This document shows, in pieces, positions 28,332 through 37,790 of a DNA stretch of 64,000 bases; position 1 is the stretch's first letter, and every line of letters begins with the position of its first letter. This DNA comes from an uncultured Gammaproteobacteria bacterium. GTDB lineage: Bacteria; Pseudomonadota; Gammaproteobacteria; DSM-16500. The position numbers and the translations under genes were made by a program. Under the pieces are notes generated by a model. The model was not told the DNA's origin. It ran no database searches and saw nothing but the letters and a program-made list of their open reading frames with translations. The stretch lies in the NCBI GenBank assembly GCA_963710715.1, contig CAVQBL010000015.1:157603-221602 (forward strand), given 5' to 3'.

Positions 28332-29858
28332 TCAACCCGTTTCTTCTTTTAATGGTATAAAAGCAATTGGCAAATTAGGAGACTTTATCTGCAATAAATG
28401 ATTTCCTAACCCAGGCGAAGCTTCCACAACTTGATAACCTACTAAAATATTACGTAATAAAGGCTCGTAACTCTTGCGGCTAATAAATATTACATCCGCG
28501 GGCTTTGTTGTTAAAATGGGCCATTTTTTCAATAAACTCTCTTTTGTTTGCGCTACACGCTCACCACGAATAGCATGATTTTTTACTTCCGGCGATAACT
28601 GTAAATAAAAACGCACTTTGTTATCCGCATCTAGCATGACAAAACGCCACTCAGACCAAGGTTTGGTTTTGTCTGCTTCTTGATGCAACTTAGCTGCAAA
28701 CCCCTTAAACCCTCCCTGCAAAGCAAGTAAAGGTTGTATCACATCAAAACTAAGAAATAAGAGCAAAAAGAACATAGCAGCAACTCTTCCTGCCCACACA
28801 TACCGTCTAGCGAATATATCTTTACCTGCTAAAATCCAATCTGCCGTAAATAAAATAGCAAATGGAACCATGGGTAAAATGTAATAGTTGCGTCGAGAAC
28901 CACTTAAGGTAAAAAATAAAAATAGCAACAAGCACGCCCATATCATCCATTTGGAATTGGCTGACATACTCCGCCAACGGGATTTAATAGAGAATAATGC
29001 AGGAATAAAGAAAACTGCCCACGGTAATAAATAAACCGGCAAATAAATAAAATAACTATAAATCGGATCTTTATGGTCGAATGGTTGAAAATAACGCAAA
29101 ATATTTTCTCGATATACGAGATATAAGCCATTTTGGCTATAACCATCATGACTAAAATGACTTGAAGCCCAAAAGGGCAGAAAGTAAATAATTGCCGCGG
29201 GAACCATGCTTAAGAAAAAACGCCAATGTAAATGCTTTTTCCATTCTTTTTGCATTAATAAATCAGGCAAAATAACTAATAGCGGTACAATAGCGCCAAC
29301 CAGTCCTTTACACAAAGATGTCACTGCAAGAATTAAAAAGAAAACCGCGTAATTAATGAAGTTTTGTTGAGATTTTTTTTCAATATACCAGGATACAGCA
29401 AATAACGAGCCTGCTAAATTAAGCATATCCGCGCTGCTGGTTTTAGCCCAAAAAACAAAGTAAAAAGTTGTTAATAATAGCCAACCCGCTAGCAAACCTA
29501 ACTGCCGATCTTTTAACTTTAGGCCAATGCGATAAATGGACCAAATCGCCAATATTCCTGCAAGTGCGGAAGGTAAACGTAGTGACCATACGGTAAACCC
29601 AATAAAATGAGAAACAGCCACTATTAGCCAATACGATAATAATGGCTTATCGTAATAATTAATGCTTGCAAGATAAGGATGCAAAAAATCATGGCGATAA
29701 AACATCCCATTCACAATATCTGCCCAACGATTTTCTTGTGTCCAAAGCTCTCGGCCACCCAACATTGTAAACAATAAGATAATAGCCGCGATTAATAGGT
29801 AAACAAACTTGGCGTTTTTACCCCACAATAATTCTGACCATGTCGTATTCATAACCAT
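28332..29858 (-). CDS. GT39/GT83-family (ArnT/PMT-like) membrane glycosyltransferase
   Basis: 508 aa, about 11 TMs. N-terminal block ...RWADIVNGMFYRHDFLHPYLASINYYDKPLLSYW is typical of ArnT/PMT_2 enzymes. Confidence 0.7.
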   Translation of the reverse strand: MVMNTTWSELLWGKNAKFVYLLIAAIILLFTMLGGRELWTQENRWADIVNGMFYRHDFLHPYLASINYYDKPLLSYWLIVAVSHFIGFTVWSLRLPSALAGILAIWSIYRIGLKLKDRQLGLLAGWLLLTTFYFVFWAKTSSADMLNLAGSLFAVSWYIEKKSQQNFINYAVFFLILAVTSLCKGLVGAIVPLLVILPDLLMQKEWKKHLHWRFFLSMVPAAIIYFLPFWASSHFSHDGYSQNGLYLVYRENILRYFQPFDHKDPIYSYFIYLPVYLLPWAVFFIPALFSIKSRWRSMSANSKWMIWACLLLFLFFTLSGSRRNYYILPMVPFAILFTADWILAGKDIFARRYVWAGRVAAMFFLLLFLSFDVIQPLLALQGGFKGFAAKLHQEADKTKPWSEWRFVMLDADNKVRFYLQLSPEVKNHAIRGERVAQTKESLLKKWPILTTKPADVIFISRKSYEPLLRNILVGYQVVEASPGLGNHLLQIKSPNLPIAFIPLKEETG

Positions 29859-29960
29859 ACTCTTTTATTATAATCGACACATATTATACTGATATATGTG
29901 TAAAAAAATATGGGATACTGCTAACATAAACCACATTTTTCATATCCATAGGAGGCATAT

Positions 29961-30857
29961 ATGTTTCAAGGTAGCATAGTTGCATTAGTCACACCCATGC
30001 AAACCGATGGCTCTGTTGACAAAAAGTCACTCCACGACCTTGTGGAATGGCACATTGCTTCATCCACAGATGGGCTTGTTGTCATAGGGTCAACAGGAGA
30101 AGCCGCTACCCTGGGTGATGAAGAACAATTTGAAATCATCTCCAGCGTGGTAAAACAAGTTGCAAAACGCATTCCCGTTATTGCAGGCACAGGAAGTAAC
30201 TGCACGCAACATGCTATTGAATTAACGCAAAATGCAAAAAAAGCCGGTGCAGATGCCGCTCTCATCGTAACACCTTATTACAACAAGCCTCCACAAAATG
30301 GCTTATATGCACATTATAAAAGCATCGCAGAAAAAGTGTCTTTGCCTATACTCTTATATAATGTACCTGGCCGTACTGCTTGTGATTTATTACCCGAGAC
30401 AATTGAGCGTTTAGCAAAAATTCCCAATATTATCGGAGTTAAAGATGCAACGGGAAAAATTGAGCGTGCAACTGAAATTTTAAAGCGTTGCGGAAAAAGT
30501 TTCGCAATTTACAGTGGCGATGATGAAACCGCCATGGATTTAATATTTGCCGGTGCGAAAGGCGATATTTCAGTCACAGCCAATGTTGCGCCACGCAAAA
30601 TGCATGACATGTGCACAGCAGCATTATCTGGGAATAAAGAACTTGCAAAAAAACTCAATGCTGAGCTTATGCCACTGCATAAAAAACTTTTCTTGGAAGC
30701 TAATCCCATCCCAGTGAAATGGGCACTACACACCATGGGACGCATTCCAACCGGCATACGCTTACCACTCTTACAGCTTGATCCAAAGTTTCATCATGAT
30801 GTCAGAGAAGCCATGCGCAGCGCAGGAATTTTAATGCCAGAAACAATTAATTCATAA
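29961..30857 (+). CDS. dapA: 4-hydroxy-tetrahydrodipicolinate synthase
   Basis: 298 aa. MFQGSIVALVTPM..., GSTGEAATL and YNVPGRT motifs. Confidence 0.95.
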   Translation: MFQGSIVALVTPMQTDGSVDKKSLHDLVEWHIASSTDGLVVIGSTGEAATLGDEEQFEIISSVVKQVAKRIPVIAGTGSNCTQHAIELTQNAKKAGADAALIVTPYYNKPPQNGLYAHYKSIAEKVSLPILLYNVPGRTACDLLPETIERLAKIPNIIGVKDATGKIERATEILKRCGKSFAIYSGDDETAMDLIFAGAKGDISVTANVAPRKMHDMCTAALSGNKELAKKLNAELMPLHKKLFLEANPIPVKWALHTMGRIPTGIRLPLLQLDPKFHHDVREAMRSAGILMPETINS

Positions 30858-30873
30858 ATTTAGGTGCTTTGTT

Positions 30874-31122
30874 ATGTTACGTTATACAAAAAATATTTTT
30901 TTACTTGCATCCTTGTTAGCCCTTACAGGTTGTGGTTACATTTACGGTGAGAATGGGATAATTAAAAATCGTTCACTCGACTATCAAAAAGCACGATCTA
31001 TTCCACCTTTACGCATACCCCCAGGGCTTTCTTCTTCTACAATCACTGCACATTATCCCACGTCTGAACATAACTATAATCGCAACACGAAAGTAGATTT
31101 AACACCACCTGAGTTGTGGTAG
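30874..31122 (+). CDS. Short lipoprotein resembling only the N-terminal region of BamC
   Basis: 82 aa. Lipobox LALTGC. Position directly after dapA as for bamC in E. coli. Pro-rich LRIPPGL...DLTPPE. Stop TAG created at the MITE junction. Confidence 0.4.
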   Translation: MLRYTKNIFLLASLLALTGCGYIYGENGIIKNRSLDYQKARSIPPLRIPPGLSSSTITAHYPTSEHNYNRNTKVDLTPPELW

Positions 31123-31272
31123 GGTCGTAGGGTCCATTTACAATTCGCCAGGCTGAGCCAGAAAACTACGATTTGTGAGGATCGCAGCGCAGCATATGTT
31201 GTTAATATGTGAGCAGCGAACCGCAACAAATCGTAGTTTTCTGGCCAGCATGGTAGAATTGTAAATAGACCC
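31122..31272. mobile_element. MITE family B copy 3 (left end duplicated, abuts tRNA-Ser)
   Basis: ta-gggtcg-ta-gggtccatttacaattc ... gaattgtaaatagaccc. The right end is 5 nt from the tRNA-Ser 5' end. Confidence 0.7.
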
Positions 31273-31277
31273 GTCAC

Positions 31278-31370
31278 GGAGAGGTACCGAAGCGGCCACA
31301 ACGGCACCGACTCGAAATCGGATGGGGGGCTAGCGCTCCCACGTGGGTTCGAATCCCACCCTCTCCGCCA
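31278..31370 (+). tRNA. tRNA-Ser (anticodon CGA)
   Basis: 93 nt. ggagagg/cctctcc acceptor, anticodon loop CT-CGA-AA, long variable arm (tggggggctagcgctcccac), T-loop ttcgaat, encoded CCA. Collinear with E. coli serU. Confidence 0.92.
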
Positions 31371-31450
31371 ATTGATGTTCCTGAGATTCCTGAAAATCCC
31401 TTGTTTTTCCGACAAATTAACAACCTATAACTCATTGAATAAGAATCAAT

Positions 31451-31479
31451 TTGCAAACTTTCCAATGTATTGCTATAAT
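31451..31479 (+). promoter_or_regulatory. Consensus sigma70 promoter upstream of the AbiEi-like gene
   Basis: TTGCAA - 17 nt - TATAAT. Confidence 0.5.
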
Positions 31480-31511
31480 TTATATGTCCATTTTTGGCAG
31501 GCACTAACCTT

Positions 31512-31922
31512 ATGAAAGTATCGTTTAACAAAAGCATCACATTCAAAGTCCTAAAGCGCATAGAGCGGCTTTCAGGAGATATTATTTTGCGCTCAGATAT
31601 TGCCAATATCGCTAACCCTCGTCAAATTAGCCGCGCCTTAGATCGTCTTATTAAAGGTGGATATCTAACAAAGCTTGGCTATGGGGTATACGCCAAACTA
31701 GCCAGATCTGAAATTGCTCAAACGACCTATCTCAAAGAGGGTGTGCTCCCTACAATGCGAGCAGCACTAAGCAGATTAAATATTCGCTGGGAGCCATCCC
31801 AAGAAGAACAAGACTATCAAGCGGGAAGATCAACACAAATTCCTGCTAATCCAACTACAAAATTAAAAGATAGATTCCGCAGGCAATTGCGCTATCATGA
31901 TATGGAGCTAATACGTGGATAA
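31512..31922 (+). CDS. AbiEi-family (type IV TA) antitoxin-like protein
   Basis: Start set at MKVSFNKSITFKVLKRIERLSGDIILRSDIANIANPRQISRALDRLIKGGYLTKLGYGVYAKL. Winged-helix N-domain with the ...L.rLvkkG.L.rl.rGvY signature. Confidence 0.55.
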   Translation: MKVSFNKSITFKVLKRIERLSGDIILRSDIANIANPRQISRALDRLIKGGYLTKLGYGVYAKLARSEIAQTTYLKEGVLPTMRAALSRLNIRWEPSQEEQDYQAGRSTQIPANPTTKLKDRFRRQLRYHDMELIRG

Positions 31923-32055
31923 GCCACTCACCCAAGAACAATTAAAAGAACTTGTATTGCTAACAGCAGAAACACTACGCATTCAGTATCCATCCATCAT
32001 TGAAAAAGATTATTACGTTACAAGCGCTATTCATTCTTTATCAGGCATTGAATAG
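31915..32055 (+). pseudogene. AbiEii/DUF1814 nucleotidyltransferase toxin, only first ~46 codons left
   Basis: VDKPLTQEQLKELVLLTAETLRIQYPSIIEKDYYVTSAIHSLSGIE*. The IEKDYYV block is characteristic of AbiEii N-termini. It overlaps the antitoxin stop by 8 nt. Confidence 0.5.
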
Positions 32056-32116
32056 GTTAGAAAGTCTTGGAAAATGCGACAGGATCGATCAGTTTCTGAG
32101 ATAATTCATTCGTTAG

Positions 32117-32240
32117 CTATCCAGCTTCTTTTCTAAAGGTGTCGAATTCGCCACCTTTAAAATTTGGGTTATACATTTGCTCCCAAATTCCTAGAAATTC
32201 CAATGTAAAAAAATACAGGCAACTTAATGCCAATATTTTA
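32117..32240 (-). pseudogene. KilA-N-family protein fragment
   Basis: Hand translation ...EFLGIWEQMYNPNFKGGEFDTFRKEAG* matches the conserved (I)EFLGlWE.l.NpnFk..EFd.fk.eaG block. No start, premature stop. Confidence 0.35.
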
Positions 32241-32323
32241 TTGTACGGCCTTTCTTAAGGTATACATGGGAAATAATAAGCTGAAAAGCTAGGTAACTGT
32301 CAGCTGTATAACTCAGGTCTTAC

Positions 32324-33278
32324 TTATGCGCCCAGCAAAGAGCAACTTTCCAAATAAAATCTCCCTCCTGAATAGTTCAACACCGCATATCCATCTTTCA
32401 CATCAGGAAGATTAATATTCCACATTTTTTTAAACCAAAATTCATCCCGTTGAATTTCACGTTTTATTAATTCATATGCCAATTTTGCTTCTGGTGTCAA
32501 ACCATCTATAGGCAATTCATCCAACTTTGTTAATTGCGAATTAAACCATACTAGCGACTCATCTATTTCACGAATTGTAAATTGATTCCATATACAGGTA
32601 TAAGGCGCACCCATATGCCCACTAATCCAAAAATTTGGCATGAAATGGATTATCAAGCGAGTTAATAATGGTTCTTTGCCTGGACTTACATGCGAAACAA
32701 AAAAAGAAGGCTTAGTTTTTTTCTTTTAGCTTCTGATACAGTACACCGAATTGATGCAGTGTCGCCCAAACTTTTCCTGCATTCCCTGCGATTGGTTGTT
32801 TAAGTAATTTCTACTCACCAAAAAATTACCGCCCAAACCAAAAATTGAAAATGCTAATTCATTGTTTTCTGTTATTTGGTAGACATTATCTTCGTCAAGC
32901 AAAAATAAATTATTAAATTTTTATTTTTTACTTCTTTAATAACAACAGCATCTTCATGATTACCATAAACTGCGTAAACCGGTACATCAAATTGCTTCTT
33001 ATTTTTAGCATAATCTGAAAAATCACCTAACAGCTTATGCTCTCGCACAATTTCAATTAACTTATCTCGGTTAGTTTGTTTATCAACCATAATCTTTGCC
33101 AATATGGAGAATGCGACACCAACAAGAGCAACTCACGAGTACTTAATCGGCGGTAACTAGTCTCATCATAAAAACCAAAATCACCTGCATGAATTACTAA
33201 ATCCGCTTTGGTCTTATCGATTAATTGATTAACGACATCCAGCTTACCGTGAGTGTCGCTGACTAATAATGCTTTCAT
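32324..33278 (-). pseudogene. Calcineurin-like metallophosphoesterase, multiply frameshifted
   Basis: MKALLVSDTHGKLD...VIHAGDFG (33278-), then ...VYAVYGNHED in another frame (33102-32872), then ...ISGHMG... in a third (32656-32324). Confidence 0.7.
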
Positions 33279-33510
33279 AGAGTGTAATTTCCTGCTTATT
33301 TTTTTTAGTAGTCTGAAAAAGTTCAGCCATTTGTAATTGGGTTAACCATACCGTTTCCCCTACAGTGCTCGCAACTTTAAATCGTATTGAACAAATAGAT
33401 TATCACTTAAATAAAGCTATAGAAAATGGGCTTACACAAGAAGAACTTGTTGCAGCAGATCCTTATTTACTTTTAATAGATGAGTGGAGACCACCGCAGC
33501 AAGGGAGGGC

Positions 33511-33828
33511 TCAACTATCGAATTTAGGACTATAGTTATTTTCTTTTTTCTGTTCGGGTGCTTCGAGTAAAGCTTGATAAATTTCTCCCAGTTTTCCCCT
33601 ATACAAACCAGGGTATTCTTCCTTTGACAATGAACGTATATCTTTCCCTGTTTCTAGTGCATCTATTAAAGCATTTGCAGCTTTTATTATACCTCTTCTT
33701 TCTTTCTCTTTTTCTACTTCCGAGCGATTGAAGAACATAGTTTTTTGCTCTGGGAGAGTTGAAATATACGCTTTAATGTCTTTAATTTTTTCCGCTTTCA
33801 ATAGTGGATCAATATGATGGCTTAGCAT
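33511..33828 (-). CDS. Hypothetical protein
   Basis: 105-aa ORF, helical, charged. No motif recognised. Confidence 0.35.
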   Translation of the reverse strand: MLSHHIDPLLKAEKIKDIKAYISTLPEQKTMFFNRSEVEKEKERRGIIKAANALIDALETGKDIRSLSKEEYPGLYRGKLGEIYQALLEAPEQKKENNYSPKFDS

Positions 33829-34022
33829 TTTATTATTGAACTCCCCGATAATATTATAAATAATGACGCAATTTTACTATAATGTTCATTATTTTGTCTA
33901 TCGAAAATTCATTCATTTATATATGAGAAGCAAGCGCGGATATGGAATAGACTACGGTAATCAAATTTAATTTGTTATAATGGATCCTCTGAGTATGTTT
34001 TATCCCTTTAAAGGAGCTAAAA

Positions 34023-34436
34023 ATGAAATTTAAAAATATTGCTTATATTACTGCCCTCAGTCTATCCTTGCTTAACCAAAGCATTCTTGCAGCCGGCGAC
34101 ACGTTTACTTACAAAAATACCCGCGGCTCAGTATTAAAATTACAGTTTAATCCAGACGATACTCTCTCAGGCACTTTCACTACTGCAGTTGCCTCAAAAC
34201 AATGTCAGCAAGCTATTGGTATGAAAAGACCTATCGTAGGTTTTATAGCTAAAAATGCTATAAGTTTTACTGCAAGTTATCCAGAATGTGGCTCAATTGT
34301 CACTTTCACCGGCAACATTGAAGAAAATAAAAAGACTATCGACACAACTGCTATCGTTGCGCATCCATCCGCACAGATAGCCGCAGAAGGTCCTGGCGCT
34401 CGCATGATTAGCCACGATGTATTCAAGCGTAGTTAA
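34023..34436 (+). CDS. Secreted avidin/streptavidin-fold protein (rhizavidin-like disulfide, Trp set replaced)
   Basis: 137 aa with a signal peptide. YKNTRGSVLKL...LSGTFTTAVAS..C..IVGFI...ISFTASYPECGSIVTFTGNI...IDTTAIVAH...ISHDVFKR is collinear with streptavidin WYNQLGSTFIV...LTGTYESAVGN...LTGRY...LGWTVAWKN...SATTWSGQY...INTQWLLTS...VGHDTFTKV. Confidence 0.65.
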   Translation: MKFKNIAYITALSLSLLNQSILAAGDTFTYKNTRGSVLKLQFNPDDTLSGTFTTAVASKQCQQAIGMKRPIVGFIAKNAISFTASYPECGSIVTFTGNIEENKKTIDTTAIVAHPSAQIAAEGPGARMISHDVFKRS

Positions 34437-34505
34437 TATATCCTGGGGTACTGTATTTAATACAGTGCCCCAAAATTTCTCCAGCAAAAACAAAAGAGAT
34501 TCTCA

Positions 34506-35841
34506 ATGAAAACCGTCGACCACATTATTAATGCAAGATGGATTATCACGTGTGAAGAGCAAAATAAAATTTTAGAAAATCATGCACTCGTTATTCAAGA
34601 TGGCTTGATCAAAGATATTTTGCCAAGCAGAGAAGCAACAAAAAAATATTCTGCCAAATCCAGTGAAAATTTTACTGGGCATGCACTCATTCCTGGGCTC
34701 ATTAACTCTCATACTCACATCGCCATGAATTATTTTCGTGGATTAGCCGATGATTTAGCGCTGATGAATTGGCTCAATAATCATATTTGGCCAGCAGAAA
34801 AAAAATGGGTTAGTCATGAATTCGTGCACGATGCATCGCTTTTTGCGATGGCAGAAATGATTCGCAGCGGGACAACTTGTTTTAATGATATGTATTTCTT
34901 TCTATCCGCCACTGCACAAGCAGCAGAAACCGCGGGTATTCGTGCGCACATTGGCATGACGGTTATGGACTTTCCAACTGCCTGGGCAAAAACACCACAA
35001 GAATATTTTGATAAAGGATTAGAGTTTTATCAACAATACAAAAATCATCCCCTAATCACGGCAACACTCGCGCCACATGCTATCTACACAGTGTCAGAAA
35101 AAAATTTAATTCGCGTCAAAGAAATCGCAGAAAAATATAATTTAAAAATCAATATGCATGTTCAAGAAACCGCTGATGAAGTGAAACACTCATTAGAACA
35201 AACCAAGCTTCGTCCACTAAAACGTTTACAGAAAATAGGTTTAGTTTCTCCACGTTTAATTGCTGTGCACATGACACAAATTAACGAAGAAGATTTAGCG
35301 ATTCTGCAAACTGAAAAACCTCACATCGTGCATTGCCCAGAATCAAATATGAAATTAGCCAGCGGCACTATGTCCTGTAACAAAATTAAGATCCCTTGGA
35401 ATTAATGTTGCGCTTGGCACAGATGGTGCAGCCAGTAATAACGATCTTAATATGTTAGGAGAAATGCGTGTCGCGAGCTTTCTTGCTAAATTAAGTACAC
35501 AAAACCCTGAAAGCTTGCCTGCTGAAGAAAGCTTAAAGCTTGCAACTCTGCATGGCGCAAAAGCGCTAGGCATTGATCACATCACTGGCTCTTTAACAAT
35601 TGGCAAAGCAGCAGATATAGTGGCAATTCATTTAGATGAAATTGAAACTCTACCGCTTTATCATCCCGTCTCGCAAATAGTTTATGCTGCTGCTCGCAAT
35701 CAAGTCACCGATGTTTGGGTGGCAGGAAAACAATTATTGAAAAATCGCAAGCTAACTACACTAGACGAAAAAGAATTGATAGCAAAAGCAAAAAGCTGGG
35801 GGGAAAAAATAAAGCAAGAAGATGCGGTTACTGTGCCATAA
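34506..35841 (+). pseudogene. mtaD: MtaD-like amidohydrolase (5-methylthioadenosine/S-adenosylhomocysteine deaminase family) with one 1-nt insertion
   Basis: ...GLINSHTHIAMN...HVQET...VHCPESNMKLASG in frame 0, then (L)CPVTKLRSLGINVALGTDGAASNNDLNMLGEM... in frame +1. The switch is at about 35367-35370. Confidence 0.75.
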
Positions 35842-36386
35842 TTTAATGAACCCCACCCTCCCATATCTTTAAAATCTTGATTAGTACACACGTAAGCACA
35901 AAGAGTGCGCAAAGCCTCCGGTGCTATTCTTAAGCACTTTTCTTTCAAATCTTTAGGGTTACTTTCGCTGTACAACTCCTTTGAGTCTCTATTCCTATAC
36001 TCTAAAATGCCATAAAAAAATCTAAAATCATCAATTTTGCCAACTATATCAATTATACAATAAGCAGTATAAAAATAATCTGCGAAACAAATGCGTTGAT
36101 GTGATTTATCTGTTAGCTTGTCCATGAGACTATCGGCTGTTTTTAAACACTCTATTGCTTGATGCCATTTTATGTTGTTGTTGCCACCTTCAGACAGAAG
36201 AACAACAGCCCTAGATAAATAATCTTTAATTTGTTCCAAATAAAATTGTGATCGTTTGTACCTATTATCACGAAAATTTTTCAGCCATGTGTACAACAAC
36301 CCAATGGCAGTAACAATCGCAGTAACCACAGTCCAGTTAATACTTTTTATCGTATCCATTATTGTATTCATCATAATTACATCCAC
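35700..36386 (-). CDS. Hypothetical single-TM protein; 3' end reads antisense through mtaD
   Basis: 228-aa ORF with an N-terminal TM (NWTVVTAIVTAIGLLYTWL). The last ~47 codons are antisense to the mtaD 3' end, so the native C-terminus was probably lost at an insertion junction near 35842-35862. Confidence 0.4.
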   Translation of the reverse strand: MDVIMMNTIMDTIKSINWTVVTAIVTAIGLLYTWLKNFRDNRYKRSQFYLEQIKDYLSRAVVLLSEGGNNNIKWHQAIECLKTADSLMDKLTDKSHQRICFADYFYTAYCIIDIVGKIDDFRFFYGILEYRNRDSKELYSESNPKDLKEKCLRIAPEALRTLCAYVCTNQDFKDMGGWGSLNYGTVTASSCFIFSPQLFAFAINSFSSSVVSLRFFNNCFPATQTSVT

Positions 36387-36509
36387 TATATATTAAACGA
36401 TATTATTAAGTTCTATATAATACCATACAAAATAACTAAAATAAACTTGATTTTTGCATAAATTATGCAATAATTGATATTATTTTGTTGTAAATGGTGA
36501 AAATTACAT

Positions 36510-37777
36510 ATGTTAATTGAATTTAATGTTAGCAAATTATCGCTCAATTAAAGAACCCCAAAAATTGAGCATGGTTGCAGCTAAAGATGACTCCTTGCAG
36601 GCAACCAATTGCATGCCAAGTGGAATCTCTGCAATTCAACCTTGTACGCACAGCAGTACTATATGGCCCAAATGCCAGCGGCAAAAGCAACCTAATCTCA
36701 GCTCTTGGGTTTATGCGAAGCATGGTAGAAATCTCTGCTGTAGGTATTCGTGAAGGACAAAAATTAAATATCTCGTCCTTTCGCTTTGATTCCGAAACAA
36801 TCAATCAACCATCTGAGTTTGAAGTTACTTTTGTTGAAAACGGAATACGTTATCAATATGGTTTTGAGCTTAATGCTACTCGCGTAACTAAAGAATGGCT
36901 TACTCGTTTATGTAGAGCGCAAAGCACAACGGTGGTTTGAACGAAATTATGACTAGTAAAAAAGGTAAATATCATTGGTATTTTGGCCCACATCTGATCG
37001 GCGGCAAAAAACAACATACCTTATGGAGTGAATCAACACGAGCAAACGCGCTTTTCTTTCAACAGCGGTTAATCTAAATAGCGAACAACTCCGCCCAATT
37101 TTTAATTGGTTTGTGAATAAACTTATTATTATTGGAATCAATGCAACTCCTCTTCCATTTTACACAATGGAACGTATTAAAAATGGGTCTGGATAAACCA
37201 CAGAATTATCAGCTCTTTTACAAGCAGCAGATCTTGGGAATCACTGATGTTCAAATTAAAATGCAAAAAGGCCAACAGGTACAAATACGTTTAGAATCTG
37301 GCTTGGCAACGATAGAAAACAAGCAAGAAGACCGAAATTCCTAGTGCGACTCTTTTTCATCAAGGAAAAAAGTACGCTGTGGAGTTTCACTCACGAAGAG
37401 TCTCACGGAACGCAAAAGATATTTGCTTATGCCGGGCCAATTCATGATGTATTACAAAATGGAAAAGTACTAGTGGTTGATGAGCTGGATAGCAAGCTTC
37501 ACCCAAAAATGGTACGATTTTTAGTAAATCTCATACAAAATACTCATCTAAACAAAAATAATGCTCAGCTAATTTTTACGACTCATAATACTTCTTTGTT
37601 AGATACACGACCTTATTTCGCCGCGATCAAATTTGGTTTATGGAAAAAGATAAGGAACAGGCATCTCACCTATACCCTCTCACTGACTTTAGTCCTCGCA
37701 AAGGTGAAGCCCTCGAAAAAGGTTACCTAATTGGTCGCTATGGCGCACTCCCTTTCTTTGGCGAGTTTAATTTATAA
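36510..37777 (+). pseudogene. AAA_21/AbiLi-like ATPase, heavily frameshifted
   Basis: Segments in different frames: MLIEFNVS | NYRSIKEPQKLSMVAAKDD... | ...AVLYGPNASGKSNLISALGFMRSMV...NGIRYQYGFEL | ...NSEQLRPIFNWFVNKLIII | ...ADLGITDVQI | ...ESHGTQKIFAYAGPIHDVLQNGKVLVVDELDSKLHP...NNAQLIFTTHNTSLLD | ...IGRYGALPFFGEFNL*. Confidence 0.75.
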
Positions 37778-37790
37778 TGGAGAAGAGGAC

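Noticed and set aside
31074-31606. Two minus-strand ORFs (113 and 110 aa) overlapping tRNA-Ser and the MITE
   Set aside because: They are antisense to a well-formed tRNA and a repeat element, with no coding signature.
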